DNA of 57,384 nucleotides from Patescibacteria group bacterium. GTDB lineage: Bacteria > Patescibacteriota > Microgenomatia > UBA1406 > GWC2-37-13. Each line of letters begins with the position of its first letter. Positions within the stretch are counted from its first letter, which is position 1. The stretch covers positions 1 through 57,384 of the forward strand of contig JAOAEC010000001.1 in NCBI GenBank assembly GCA_026416975.1, written 5' to 3'. Below, piece by piece: positions 38,470-49,011 of the stretch. Below the pieces are notes generated by a model. The model saw nothing but the letters and a program-made list of their open reading frames with translations, was not told the origin of the DNA and made no database searches. A program made the translations under genes and the position numbers.

Positions 38470-39741
38470 ATGGACAAAATTATTGCATTAGCTAAAAGAC
38501 GAGGTTTTGTTTATCCTTCATCAGAAATTTATGGCGGAATTAGCGGTTTTTGGGATTATGGACCGTTAGGGGCAGAGTTAAAAAATAACATTAAAAGACT
38601 TTGGTGGCAGACAATGGTTTATCAACGAGAAGATGTAGTGGGTATTGATGCGGCGATTATAATGAATCCTAAAGTTTGGGAAACATCTGGTCATACGTCT
38701 TCATTTACCGATCCTTTGGTTGAGTGTAAGAGTTGTCATTTAAGATTTCGAGCTGATAAAATTGAAGACAACCGTTGTCCCAACTGTCAAGCAAAAAATA
38801 ATTTTACCGAAGAAAAAAAATTTAATCTTTTAACTGAAGTTTATTTGGGAGTTACCGAACCAAAACAAAAAGCTTATTTGAGAGGAGAGATTACTCAAGG
38901 AGTTTTTGTTAATTTTAAAAATATTATTGATTCTTTTAGGGTAAAGATTCCTTTTGGTGTTGCTCAGATTGGTAAAGCTTTTCGTAATGAGATTACTCCT
39001 GGTAATTTTACTTATCGATCAAGAGAGTTTGAACAAATGGAGTTAGAATTTTTTATTAAACCAGAAGAAAAAGAAGTAGAAAAATGGTTTAATTATTGGA
39101 CAGAAGAAAGATTTAATTGGTATGTAAATTTAGGGATAAAAAAGAATAGATTAAGATTAAGGGAACACAAAGAAGAAGAGCGAGCTCATTATGCTAAAAA
39201 AGCTTTAGATATTGAATATCAAGCGCCTTTTGGTTGGAGTGAGTTTGAAGGAATTCATCATCGGGGTGATTGGGATTTATCAAGACATAATCTAAGATAT
39301 AAAGATAAAGAAACAAACGAAGAATACTTTCCTTGGGTGATTGAAACCTCAGGAGGAGTTGATCGTTCGGCTTTATTTTTTTTGATTGATAGTTATCAAG
39401 AAAAAAATGGTCGAGTTGTTTTACAACTTAATCCTTTACTTTCACCAATAAAAGTGGCGGTTTTTCCTCTTTTAGCCAATAAAGAAAGCTTGGTTAAAAA
39501 AGCGCGGCAGATTTATGATTTAATAAAAAGAAAATTTATTACCATTTGGGATGATCGAGGAAATATTGGCAAGCGTTATTTTAGTCAAGATGAGATTGGT
39601 ACTCCTTTTTGCGTGACTATCGATTTCCAAACTTTGGAAGATGAAACAGTGACAGTAAGAGATAGAGATACGACTAAACAAGAAAGAATAAAAATTTCTA
39701 AATTAGAAACTTATTTAAAAGAAAAAATTAACCAGTTATAA
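38470..39741 (+). CDS. glyQS: Glycine--tRNA ligase (alpha2 type)
   Basis: KRRGF, DYGPLG, QIGKAFRNEITP, REFEQME, anticodon domain DEIGTP. Confidence 0.96.
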   Translation: MDKIIALAKRRGFVYPSSEIYGGISGFWDYGPLGAELKNNIKRLWWQTMVYQREDVVGIDAAIIMNPKVWETSGHTSSFTDPLVECKSCHLRFRADKIEDNRCPNCQAKNNFTEEKKFNLLTEVYLGVTEPKQKAYLRGEITQGVFVNFKNIIDSFRVKIPFGVAQIGKAFRNEITPGNFTYRSREFEQMELEFFIKPEEKEVEKWFNYWTEERFNWYVNLGIKKNRLRLREHKEEERAHYAKKALDIEYQAPFGWSEFEGIHHRGDWDLSRHNLRYKDKETNEEYFPWVIETSGGVDRSALFFLIDSYQEKNGRVVLQLNPLLSPIKVAVFPLLANKESLVKKARQIYDLIKRKFITIWDDRGNIGKRYFSQDEIGTPFCVTIDFQTLEDETVTVRDRDTTKQERIKISKLETYLKEKINQL

Positions 39742-39760
39742 TTTTTTAAAATATATTTTT

Positions 39761-40225
39761 ATGAAAAAAATAGAAAAAAAACATTTTTTTATTTTTGGAA
39801 TGATTGCTGTTTTGTTGTTAATAATTATTTTTTGGTTAATAATAGGTAAGAAGTTAAAAAGTAAAAATGATGATCGTCAGCAATTGATACCGACAGAAAC
39901 AATTATCCCAACGATTGATTCGTCAGTAAAGGTTTCTTTAACCCCTTTTTCTCAAGGAAAGGAGGTGTTATTATCAATAAAAAGTATTCCTTTAGGAACA
40001 AAAAGTTTGGAATACATTTTATCTTATGAAACAGAAGATGGGGGATTACAAGGAGTTAATAGTTTAGCCGAGGTTCAAGGAAGAGAATTTGAGAAAAAGA
40101 TTACTTTGGGAACGTGTTCTTCTGGTACTTGTGTTTATCATCAGATTAAGGGTGAGATAAAATTAGAACTAAAGTTTATTGGTGATTATGGAGAAAAAAT
40201 TTTTGAAAAAAATTATTCGTTATAA
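39761..40225 (+). CDS. Membrane-anchored hypothetical protein
   Basis: N-terminal TM, PT-rich linker, LGTCSSGTCVY motif. Confidence 0.7.
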   Translation: MKKIEKKHFFIFGMIAVLLLIIIFWLIIGKKLKSKNDDRQQLIPTETIIPTIDSSVKVSLTPFSQGKEVLLSIKSIPLGTKSLEYILSYETEDGGLQGVNSLAEVQGREFEKKITLGTCSSGTCVYHQIKGEIKLELKFIGDYGEKIFEKNYSL

Positions 40226-40242
40226 ATTATTTTTTAATTTAT

Positions 40243-40488
40243 ATGCCAATTATTAAATCAGCTAAAAAAAAATTAAGACAGGATATTAAAAAAACAAAAA
40301 GAAATCGTTTTTTAAAAAACAGGTATAAAAAAATAATTGATGAAATAAAAAAAATAAAAGATAAAAATAAGGTTAAATCTTTGATAAAAAAAACTTATCA
40401 AGCGATTGATAAGGCAGCTAAAAAAAATGTAATTCATAAAAATAAAGCTGACCGTTTAAAATCGCAAGTAGCTAAATTTTTAAAATGA
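40243..40488 (+). CDS. rpsT: 30S ribosomal protein S20
   Basis: MPIIKSAKK.LRQ, IDKAAKK.VIHKNKA.RLKS. Confidence 0.97.
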   Translation: MPIIKSAKKKLRQDIKKTKRNRFLKNRYKKIIDEIKKIKDKNKVKSLIKKTYQAIDKAAKKNVIHKNKADRLKSQVAKFLK

Positions 40489-41018
40489 AATATAAAATTA
40501 ATCTTTTTTCTTCAAAAAAAGAGAGCTTTTTAGAAAAAGCTATTTATTTTTCCTTAAATTATTTACGTTATATTTTAGTAATTACTCAAACAGTGGTAAT
40601 TTTTGTTTTCTTTTATAAATTTAAAGTTGATCAAGAAATTATTGATTTAGAAGAGGCAATTGGACAAAAAAAAGAAATTGTTAATGTTACAGAACCATTA
40701 TTTAAACAAGGACAAGAGTTTGAATTAATTTTAAATTATCTTAAAAAAATTTACCAAGAACAGGAAAATTTAGATGGAATTATGGAATATCTTTTTTCTA
40801 ATTTTCCTAAAGATCTTTTTTTAACAAAATTAGAATTAAAGAAAGAATTAGTATTAATGGAAGGTTATGCCTTTAATTCAACATTAATAGAGCTCTTTTA
40901 TAAAAAGTTAAAAAATGATAAAAAATTTAGAGAAGTAAATTTAATTTCAATAAATAAATCAGAGCTTGGTTTTAATTTTGTTTTAAAACTTATAAATTAC
41001 AATAATAATTTAAATTAA
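40485..41018 (+). CDS. PilN-like type IV pilus alignment protein
   Basis: N-terminal INL motif, TM, coiled coil, P..LFL..L...EGYA...F..V.L ferredoxin-like pattern. Confidence 0.7.
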   Translation: MKYKINLFSSKKESFLEKAIYFSLNYLRYILVITQTVVIFVFFYKFKVDQEIIDLEEAIGQKKEIVNVTEPLFKQGQEFELILNYLKKIYQEQENLDGIMEYLFSNFPKDLFLTKLELKKELVLMEGYAFNSTLIELFYKKLKNDKKFREVNLISINKSELGFNFVLKLINYNNNLN

Positions 41019-41030
41019 AATAATTTTAAA

Positions 41031-41609
41031 ATGAGAGATAATCTAAAAATTAAAGAGTTATTAAAAAAAAACGGAAAAGACTATACTTATGCGGTTATCT
41101 TTTTTTTAATTTTTTCTTTCTTTCTGTTTTTCGTTATTCGGCCAAATATTATATTGATTTTTAAAGCTAATAGTGAAATAGAAAATCTTAAAAGAGTGGA
41201 TAATTTTTATGAAGTGAAGATTCAGAAGATTATTGAATTGCAACAGATAATAGAAGAGAATCGGGATGATTTTAGGCTTTTAAATAAGGCAATCACCAGA
41301 AAACCAGAGGTAAATAAAGTTTTATTTGATTTGACTCAATTAATTGAAAAAAACAAACTAATAATTAATAAGATAAACGTTATTGATATTAATCTCAAAT
41401 CTAATTTTTTATTAAGTCAATTAAAAAAAGTTTCTTTTAAAATGGAATTAACAGGTAGTTTTAATGATTTTAACAATTTTATTAAGGAGATTCACCGTCA
41501 AAGACGAGCTAAAACAGTAAAAAACATTTTAATTAACAAAAAGGAACAGGAAAGTAGTGAAAGTGCCTCTTTAATTTTTGATTTAGAAGTTGAAGGGTAT
41601 TATCTATGA
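41031..41609 (+). CDS. PilO-like type IV pilus alignment protein
   Basis: TM ending IRP, coiled coil, GSF..F..FI..I....R; follows PilN-like gene. Confidence 0.7.
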   Translation: MRDNLKIKELLKKNGKDYTYAVIFFLIFSFFLFFVIRPNIILIFKANSEIENLKRVDNFYEVKIQKIIELQQIIEENRDDFRLLNKAITRKPEVNKVLFDLTQLIEKNKLIINKINVIDINLKSNFLLSQLKKVSFKMELTGSFNDFNNFIKEIHRQRRAKTVKNILINKKEQESSESASLIFDLEVEGYYL

Positions 41610-41791
41610 ATAGAAAAGAATTATTTCTTATTTCTTTAACAATTTTTTTAACAATTTTTGCTTGGGTTTTATTTGATATTTATCGGATTAAGACAGATAA
41701 AAATTTACCTGATCAATATAACATAACAACGATAAAAAATGTTAAACTAGAGATAGAAGTGTTAAAAAAATTGAAAACCAAAAACCAATGA
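41606..41791 (+). CDS. Small single-TM protein
   Basis: 61 aa, ATGA overlaps on both sides. Confidence 0.65.
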   Translation: MNRKELFLISLTIFLTIFAWVLFDIYRIKTDKNLPDQYNITTIKNVKLEIEVLKKLKTKNQ

Positions 41792-43095
41792 TTTACTCTC
41801 GTTTTTTTCTCAAAAACCAAAGTTCAGTAAAAATACCAACAGGAGTTTTTTTTTTGATTATTATTTTAATCACTATTTTTTTAAGCCGATTTTTTTATAA
41901 AAATTATTATAAAAAGCCAACTGTTTCCGAAAAAAATAAAATAGTTAGCGTTAAGATAGTTAATTTATCTCCCCGTCAGGTCGGTGTTTTTTGGCAAACA
42001 GTCAAAAAAGAAACAGGGTGGTTAATTTTTGGAGAAAACGAACAAAGCTTAGACAAGGTTTTTTTTGATGAAAGAGATACATCTGATAAAAAAAATTCCT
42101 ATTTTAATCACTATGTTATTTTAAGAAATTTAACTCCTAAAAAAAAATATTTTTTTAAAGTAGTAAACAATAACTCAGTTTATTCTTTAACTAAAAATCA
42201 ACCGTTTTCTTTTATCACACCAGAAAATTTTTCTTTAACAACCAGATTAAAACCAGTTTATGGAAGGGTAATTGATAATAAAGAAACACCAGTGGTTTCG
42301 GCAATGGTTATTTTATCTTTTAATAATTGTTACTCTTTAGCTAGTGAAACGAAACTTAATGGTGAGTTTTTAATTCCTTTAAACAATATTATTGAAAAAA
42401 CATCCCACAGACCAAAAATTTTAAAAGCTGATGAGGTGGTGAAGATTGAGATTTTTGCTGAAAATGGTCAAAAAACTCTGATTGAGGGAAAATTATCAAA
42501 TTTAACTCCATTGTCAAAAATCGTTATTCTAGGTAAAAATTATTCTTTTTTGAATGAGTCAATGGTTCTTTCCGCCAATACAACAGTTAAAAATTATAAT
42601 CAGATAGAAATTCTTTTTCCTAAAGAGGGAAGTATTATTCCTTCTCAAAATCCATTAATTAAAGGATTGGCAATTCCTAAAAGCGAGGTAATTATAACAA
42701 TTAATTCTTTATCTTTAAATATTTCTTTAAGAACCAAGGCGGATAATAAAGGAGTTTGGACTGCTTTTTTACCTCAGAAACTAAATCCAGGATTACAACA
42801 GCTAACTCTTTCTACCAAAGACGAAAAAGGAAAAGAAGTAAAAATTAAGAGAAATTTTTCTATTGCTAAATCGGGTGAACAAGTGTTGGGTGAAGCAACA
42901 CCAGAAGCCTTACCAACGCAAATTATTCAAACAGAAGCCTTAATTTCGCCTTCGCCAACAGTTTATTTATCACCAACAATTATTTTTTATACTTCGACGC
43001 CAACTCCATTTCAATCAGGAGTGGTTAATAATTTAATAACAACAATGGCTTTAGCCTTGATAATTTTAGGAAGCGGAATAATTCTTGTATTTTAA
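41788..43095 (+). CDS. Surface protein with FN3-like and Ig-like domains and C-terminal anchor
   Basis: N-terminal TM; H.V.L.NLTP...Y.F FN3 pattern; G.A.P...V.I Ig pattern; PT-rich stalk; PFQSG plus hydrophobic tail. Confidence 0.7.
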   Translation: MIYSRFFLKNQSSVKIPTGVFFLIIILITIFLSRFFYKNYYKKPTVSEKNKIVSVKIVNLSPRQVGVFWQTVKKETGWLIFGENEQSLDKVFFDERDTSDKKNSYFNHYVILRNLTPKKKYFFKVVNNNSVYSLTKNQPFSFITPENFSLTTRLKPVYGRVIDNKETPVVSAMVILSFNNCYSLASETKLNGEFLIPLNNIIEKTSHRPKILKADEVVKIEIFAENGQKTLIEGKLSNLTPLSKIVILGKNYSFLNESMVLSANTTVKNYNQIEILFPKEGSIIPSQNPLIKGLAIPKSEVIITINSLSLNISLRTKADNKGVWTAFLPQKLNPGLQQLTLSTKDEKGKEVKIKRNFSIAKSGEQVLGEATPEALPTQIIQTEALISPSPTVYLSPTIIFYTSTPTPFQSGVVNNLITTMALALIILGSGIILVF

Positions 43096-43124
43096 CTTTC
43101 TTTTGAGATACAATTTTAATATCT

Positions 43125-43790
43125 ATGGAAATAATTTATTTTCTCTCCTCAGTTAATAAAATCAGCTTAGTTTCCTTTTTGATAGTGTTAGGGTTTTTAA
43201 TATATGAGATTTATCTTTTTAAAAAAGAAAAATGTAAACAAAATAAGCCATTTATTCCTAAATTTGAAGAAGAAAAGAAAATTTTAGTGGAACAGGGACA
43301 AAAAATTATTTTTCAAAAACAAAAAACATTAACTAAAATTAATCAAACATATATTTGGTTGATTTTAGTAATTTTAGTAGTATTTTTTGGTATGGTAACA
43401 GTTTATAGTGGTATAAATCAAAAACAAATAAGTCAAAAGAATGAAGAAAAAAAGATAACTGATAGTCAAACTTTACCATTAGTAAGTTATGTTCGATCAA
43501 AAGGAATTAAGCTTTTTAATGAAGAAAAAAAACTTTTTTCAGAAGAAGATTTAAAAAAATTAAAAAGTGGTAATAAAATTATTATTGGAATAGAAACAAT
43601 TGAGCAAGCGGATATTGATTATGCTCGAATTAAGGTGAATAAAAAAGAATGGGAGACTAGCGATATTACGATGAAATTTGATCAAACAAACAAGGTGTTT
43701 TATATTGAGTATGTTATTCCTGAAAAAACAGAAAGATTAAAAATTGATGCCCAACTTCATTCAAAAACTGATGGTTGGTTGGGAGATTAA
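43125..43790 (+). CDS. Hypothetical membrane protein
   Basis: Two hydrophobic segments and C-terminal beta-rich domain. Confidence 0.65.
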   Translation: MEIIYFLSSVNKISLVSFLIVLGFLIYEIYLFKKEKCKQNKPFIPKFEEEKKILVEQGQKIIFQKQKTLTKINQTYIWLILVILVVFFGMVTVYSGINQKQISQKNEEKKITDSQTLPLVSYVRSKGIKLFNEEKKLFSEEDLKKLKSGNKIIIGIETIEQADIDYARIKVNKKEWETSDITMKFDQTNKVFYIEYVIPEKTERLKIDAQLHSKTDGWLGD

Positions 43791-43793
43791 ATT

Positions 43794-44243
43794 ATGAAAA
43801 ACAAAAACAAAATAATTAAGGTTTTTTTATTGGGAATGGTTTTTTTATTAATAGGAGCGATATTTTATATTAGTTACCTTCTTAATAATAATTCTTCTAA
43901 TGAAAAATCAACCATTGTTTCAAAAAAAATAAAGGCAGCTGATGTTTCTTATCAGCGAGAGATTACTTTATTGCCCGATCAAGTTTCACCAACAGAAACT
44001 GAATCGTTAATATCGCCAACTTTAACAAAGATTATCAATACTCCTATACCGACAGAGGTTTTATTAGCCTATCAAAATCAAGAGCTAGAGATAACTAATA
44101 CAACAACACCAACAGAAACATTAACAACAACAGTTTTAATAACAAAAAAAGAAGAAAGATTACCTAAGGCAGGATTTATTAATAACGTTTTAATTATCTT
44201 TATTAGTTGTACTTCATTAATTTTTTTTGGTCTTCTTTTTTAA
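43794..44243 (+). CDS. Thr/Pro-rich protein with LPxTG-like signal (LPKAG)
   Basis: N-terminal TM, PT-rich body, LPKAG at 44160-44174 followed by hydrophobic tail. Confidence 0.7.
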   Translation: MKNKNKIIKVFLLGMVFLLIGAIFYISYLLNNNSSNEKSTIVSKKIKAADVSYQREITLLPDQVSPTETESLISPTLTKIINTPIPTEVLLAYQNQELEITNTTTPTETLTTTVLITKKEERLPKAGFINNVLIIFISCTSLIFFGLLF

Positions 44244-44257
44244 GAACTAAAAAATAA

Positions 44258-44920
44258 CTATTTTTTGTTATTAATATTAATAATATTTAAAAAATTGTGG
44301 GGATTTAAAGAGGCGTTGCCAACAAGAAAACCATCTATTTTATTTGATTGAGCATAAATTCTAACATTTTTTTCATTAACAGAGCCTCCATAGATAAAAA
44401 TGGTTTCTTTTTTTATCGCTAAAGATTGTTTAAATTTTAAAATTTCTTCAACCGATTGATTATTGCCTGTACCAATAGCTGAAGAAGGTTCATAAGCGAT
44501 AATTTTTATAGAAGAATTTAATAAAGAAAAATCGTCTTTTTTTTCTAAACAAAAAATTGGTTCAATTTGATATTTTAAAGCCAAATTTAATTTTTGAAGA
44601 AGAACTTTAGAATTTTCTTTAAAGTATTTTTTTCTTTCACTATGACCAATAATAACAAAATTAACCAAACCTTGAAGATTTTTAGCGGTTACCTCACCGG
44701 TATAAGAACCTTCTTCAAAAAAAGAGATATTTTGAGCGCCTAAAAATAAATTTTTAAAACGACTGATTTTTTCTTTTAAAAAATAAAGAAAAGGAAAAGG
44801 AGGACAAATAATGATTTTTTTGTTTTTGTTATCTTGATAATTTTTTAAAAACTTACTAGTCCATTCTTTAACTTCTTCAATATTTTTATTTGCTTTCCAA
44901 TTAGCAATAAAGTATTTCAT
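44258..44920 (-). CDS. tpiA: Triosephosphate isomerase
   Basis: ANWK, GSYTGEV, IGHSER, AYEP, YGGSV. Confidence 0.96.
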   Translation of the reverse strand: MKYFIANWKANKNIEEVKEWTSKFLKNYQDNKNKKIIICPPFPFLYFLKEKISRFKNLFLGAQNISFFEEGSYTGEVTAKNLQGLVNFVIIGHSERKKYFKENSKVLLQKLNLALKYQIEPIFCLEKKDDFSLLNSSIKIIAYEPSSAIGTGNNQSVEEILKFKQSLAIKKETIFIYGGSVNEKNVRIYAQSNKIDGFLVGNASLNPHNFLNIININNKK

Positions 44921-45102
44921 ATGATTATTTTATCATTTTTTATATTTTTATAGTTTATTTAAGATTTAATATTTAAAATTTAACCTTTTATTTATTATTT
45001 ATCTTATTTTATTAAGCTTTTATTTAAGCGCTTCAATTTAGATAAGAGACTGAATTATAATTTTAACCATTAATGATTTAATTAGTGTTATTATTAATAT
45101 CT

Positions 45103-46902
45103 ATGAAAGATTTATTTTTAAAAGACTTAAATGAACAACAAAAGGCAGCGGTTTTAGCAGATAGAGGTCCTTGTTTAGTTTTGGCTGGAGCTGGTTCTGG
45201 TAAAACCAGAGTTTTAGTTTACAAAGTGATTTATTTAATCAAAAACAAAAACATCTCCTCTTCTTCAATTGTAATGATTACTTTTACCAATAAAGCAGCT
45301 TCAGAAATGAAAGAAAGAATTATTAATCAATTTTCTTGCCAAAGCTTAGGTTTTATTGGCACTTTTCACTCTTTTTGTGCTAAAATTTTGCGAAAAGAAG
45401 GTGAAAAAATTGGATTGAAAAAAGACTTTATTATTTATGATGAAAACGACCAATTAGATCTGATTAAAAAAATTTTGAAAAAGAATGATGGGAAAAAGCT
45501 TTCCCAAAATTACTTTCTTAATCAGATTTCTGCTGCTAAAAATATTTTAGTTTTTCCCGATAATTATTTATCTATTTTTAAAGATAGTAATGCTTTTGAA
45601 GTAAAAGAGATTTATCAAAAATATCAAAAAGAATTAAAAAAAAATCAGGCGGTTGATTTTGATGATTTGTTAGTTTTGACGGTGATACTTTTTCAAAAAA
45701 ATAAGGAAGTTTTAAAAAAATATCAAGAAAAATATCATTATTTTTTAGTTGATGAGTTTCAGGATACTAATTATGTTCAGTATCTTTTAACTCGTTTGTT
45801 GGCGGAAAAAGATAAAAATATTACTGTTGTTGGCGATTTTTCCCAAAGCATTTATTCGTGGCGAGGAGCTGATATTGAGAATTTAAAAAGATTTGAAAGA
45901 GATTTTTCGCCGATAAAGACTTTTTATTTGGAAGAAAACTATCGTTCAACCCAAAAGATTTTAGATTTTGCTTATAAAGTAATCGCTGAAAATCAAACCC
46001 ATCCGATATTAAATCTTTTTACCAAAAATAAGAAAGGAGAAGAGATAGTTTTTCAGAGATTAGAAAATGAAGAAAGAGAGGGAATCTTTATTGCAGAAGA
46101 GATTGTAAAGTTAATAAAAAACGGCTTTTCTCTTAAAGATTTTGCTGTTCTTTATCGATTAAACGCCCAATCAAGAGTGATTGAGGAGGCTTTTTTACAC
46201 CAAGGATTGTCATATTTGTTAATTGGCGGGACCAGGTTTTATGAAAGAAAAGAGATTAAAGATGTTTTGGCTTATCTGCGCTTATTGATTAATCCGCTAG
46301 ATTCAGTTAGTTTATCAAGAATAGAAAAATTAGGAAAAAAACGTTTTATAAATTTTAAGAATTATTATTTAGAGAACATAGATAAGATAAAAGAAAAAAC
46401 AACCATTGAATTAATGGAGGAAATTTTTGAAAAAACTGGTTATTTAAAGATTTATGATACTTTAGATGAAGAAGACTATAGTCGATTGGAAAATATTAAA
46501 GAACTAAAATCAGTGGCAGTTAATTTTCCCCAATTAACTGATTTTTTGGAACAAGTGGCATTGGTTGAGTCAGAGTATTTTGAAAAAGAAAGAGGAAAAA
46601 ATTATTATCAGCAAGAAGCAGTCAGGTTAATGACGCTTCATCAAGCCAAAGGGTTAGAGTTTCCTTTTGTTTTTATTGTCGGGGTAGAAGAGGGAATTTT
46701 ACCCCACTCTCGCAGTTTAGATGATTTATTTCAATTAGAAGAAGAAAGAAGGCTCTTTTATGTGGGAATTACTCGGGCAAAAACTAAACTTTATATTACT
46801 TTTACCAAACAACGTTTTCTTTTTGGACAACGAAGAGAAACAGTTGTTTCTCGATTTTTGAACCAATATTTAGATTTTTCTGATAATTTTTATTTTAGTT
46901 AG
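45103..46902 (+). CDS. pcrA: ATP-dependent DNA helicase PcrA/UvrD
   Basis: AGAGSGKT, TFTNKAA, DEFQD, LEENYRS, HQAKGLEF, EEERRLFYV.ITRA; ATG 45103. Confidence 0.93.
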   Translation: MKDLFLKDLNEQQKAAVLADRGPCLVLAGAGSGKTRVLVYKVIYLIKNKNISSSSIVMITFTNKAASEMKERIINQFSCQSLGFIGTFHSFCAKILRKEGEKIGLKKDFIIYDENDQLDLIKKILKKNDGKKLSQNYFLNQISAAKNILVFPDNYLSIFKDSNAFEVKEIYQKYQKELKKNQAVDFDDLLVLTVILFQKNKEVLKKYQEKYHYFLVDEFQDTNYVQYLLTRLLAEKDKNITVVGDFSQSIYSWRGADIENLKRFERDFSPIKTFYLEENYRSTQKILDFAYKVIAENQTHPILNLFTKNKKGEEIVFQRLENEEREGIFIAEEIVKLIKNGFSLKDFAVLYRLNAQSRVIEEAFLHQGLSYLLIGGTRFYERKEIKDVLAYLRLLINPLDSVSLSRIEKLGKKRFINFKNYYLENIDKIKEKTTIELMEEIFEKTGYLKIYDTLDEEDYSRLENIKELKSVAVNFPQLTDFLEQVALVESEYFEKERGKNYYQQEAVRLMTLHQAKGLEFPFVFIVGVEEGILPHSRSLDDLFQLEEERRLFYVGITRAKTKLYITFTKQRFLFGQRRETVVSRFLNQYLDFSDNFYFS

Positions 46903-47029
46903 GGACTTCTTTCAGTGGTTACTTTTAACAAGTTGGCATAATAGATAATGAGTTTTCCAATTAATGACAGAGTGAATACATTTTTGGAGAAGTTGGCAAA
47001 CTTAATTATAATAGGTATAATTGAGATTA

Positions 47030-47599
47030 ATGACTACGCAAGAGATTTTTAAAAAAGTTATTAATCGAATAAAAAATATTTTTTTGGAATTGGAAGTTTT
47101 TTTTCTCCATTTAATAGGTTTGGTTCCTTTTCATCACTTTCGCCGCTTTTTCTATCGCTTAGCTGGAATTAAAATTGGCAGAGGATCAGCTATTCATATG
47201 GGGGCTGTTTTTTATGAACCAAAAAATATTATTATTGGTGAAGATACAATTGTGGGAGAAAAAGCGGTTTTAGATGGAAGAGACAAATTGATAATCGGTA
47301 ATCATACCGCCATTGCTTCTGAGGTGATGATTTATAACAGCGAACATAATATAAACGATGAAAACTTTAGAGCGATAACTGAGCCAGTAGTAATTGAAGA
47401 CTATTGTTTTATTGGTCCGCGGACAATTATTTTGCCGGGAGTTACTGTTGGTAAAGGAGCGATTGTTGCTGCTGGATCAGTAGTAACAAAAGATGTTCCT
47501 CCTTATGCTATTGTTGGCGGTGTGCCGGCAAAAATTATCGGTGAACGAAAACTCAAAAATTTACATTATAAACTTGGTCGAGCAAGGTGGTTTAGATAA
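47030..47599 (+). CDS. Hexapeptide-repeat (LbH) acyltransferase
   Basis: [24 protein letters not shown]...GGVPAK. Confidence 0.9.
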   Translation: MTTQEIFKKVINRIKNIFLELEVFFLHLIGLVPFHHFRRFFYRLAGIKIGRGSAIHMGAVFYEPKNIIIGEDTIVGEKAVLDGRDKLIIGNHTAIASEVMIYNSEHNINDENFRAITEPVVIEDYCFIGPRTIILPGVTVGKGAIVAAGSVVTKDVPPYAIVGGVPAKIIGERKLKNLHYKLGRARWFR

Positions 47600-47600
47600 T

Positions 47601-49004
47601 TTAATCAGCTGTTCCCACTAAAAAAACTGCTTGCCAAGGTTTGTAGACTGAGAAAAAGTCTTTTTCAAAAATTATTTCTCCGTTTTTAATCACTTTATAG
47701 TGAAAGTTAGCTTTTCCTCCCCAGGCGGGAAAATCAATCTGTTTAATAACGTCTTTTTTTAAAGTCGGATCATCTTGATATTTAGGTTCTGGCGGCAGGA
47801 CAACGTCCCAAAGAATCGGTTGGCTCATTTCTATTTTTCGGCCGTCTTTTTTCCCGTATAAATAAAAATAGAGAAGATTATTTTGTTTATCAACCTCTGT
47901 CTGAATTAAGATATAGGCTGGCGTATTGTTTTCAATTTTTAAATCAATTGACGGAGCAAAAACAGTGGCATCAAGACCAGGTTTAGCATCGTTTTCATAA
48001 TAAGAAACTCGGTAAGCATGAGAATGACGTTCAACAATAGGAAGACCAGCATTTAAAGCAGCTCGAAAAAGAGTGGTTGATATTTGGCAAATCCCGCCGC
48101 CATCTCCTAAAACAGTTTTTCCATTTTTAATAATATAAGCCGGTTTATAACCGGTTAAAGAAGAAACATCACCAATAGTTTTATTAAAAGAAAGAATCTC
48201 GCCTTTTTTTATTAAAATTCCATTAAATTTTGAACTACCAAGGATGATATTGTGAATTCTTTCAGGAATTGAATGAGAAAAATTTGATTGACCTTGACCA
48301 ATTAATTCTTCAATTCCAAATTTGTTGGAAGAGGCTAAAGTTATTTCGGGTTGAATTATTTGATAAGTTAGATTAATTTTTTTTTGGAAAGGCTGATTTT
48401 TTATTTGAAAAATAGTTTTATCAAAATCGGTTAAAAATTTTTCCTCTTCAATTTGAAGACCGTTTTTTTCTTTTTGAAAGGCAGTAACCTTACCGTTTTC
48501 AAATTTAAAAAGAGCGTTTTTTGCCGGATACTGATATTTTTCTTTTAAAATATTTAAGTATTCCTTAACTGTTTGTTTATCATAAGAAGGATATATAAAA
48601 ATAGAAAAAGATTTTTTTAAAAAAATTGTGGCGATTTGTTGGTAAAAACGAGAAGGAAAATGTTTAGAACGGCCAATAAGAAAGGCTCTTTCAGCTGCTC
48701 CTTGACTATCATAATGAAGATTAATTTGATGAGCGGAAAAGGTAGCAACGACATCATTTTTAAAAACGATAGAAAATTGATACTTTTGCAGTTTTTTATT
48801 TTCTTTGTCAAAAAAAGCTTTAACTTTAGATTTATCTTTTTTTCCAAAATTAATTCCATTAATTAAAACATAAGGATAAATTTTATTTTCAAAAGCCTGA
48901 TTTTTTTTAAAGAAAAACAAAATAAAAAAGACTAAAGAAAAAATAAAAAGAATGATTAATATTATTAACGATAAATTTATAATTTTTATTTTTTTTGCTA
49001 TCAT
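47601..49004 (-). CDS. VanW family protein with peptidoglycan-binding region
   Basis: R..NI, SFN..IG, GGGICQISTTLFRA, ERHSH, GLDATV, DLK. Confidence 0.9.
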   Translation of the reverse strand: MIAKKIKIINLSLIILIILFIFSLVFFILFFFKKNQAFENKIYPYVLINGINFGKKDKSKVKAFFDKENKKLQKYQFSIVFKNDVVATFSAHQINLHYDSQGAAERAFLIGRSKHFPSRFYQQIATIFLKKSFSIFIYPSYDKQTVKEYLNILKEKYQYPAKNALFKFENGKVTAFQKEKNGLQIEEEKFLTDFDKTIFQIKNQPFQKKINLTYQIIQPEITLASSNKFGIEELIGQGQSNFSHSIPERIHNIILGSSKFNGILIKKGEILSFNKTIGDVSSLTGYKPAYIIKNGKTVLGDGGGICQISTTLFRAALNAGLPIVERHSHAYRVSYYENDAKPGLDATVFAPSIDLKIENNTPAYILIQTEVDKQNNLLYFYLYGKKDGRKIEMSQPILWDVVLPPEPKYQDDPTLKKDVIKQIDFPAWGGKANFHYKVIKNGEIIFEKDFFSVYKPWQAVFLVGTAD

Positions 49005-49011
49005 AGATGTT

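Noticed and set aside
46903..47052. pcrA-acyltransferase spacer with AAGTTGGCA direct repeat and a 34-codon ORF from 46948
   Set aside because: No tRNA or known RNA fold seen, the ORF overlaps the next gene, and a 9-bp repeat is too weak to support a call
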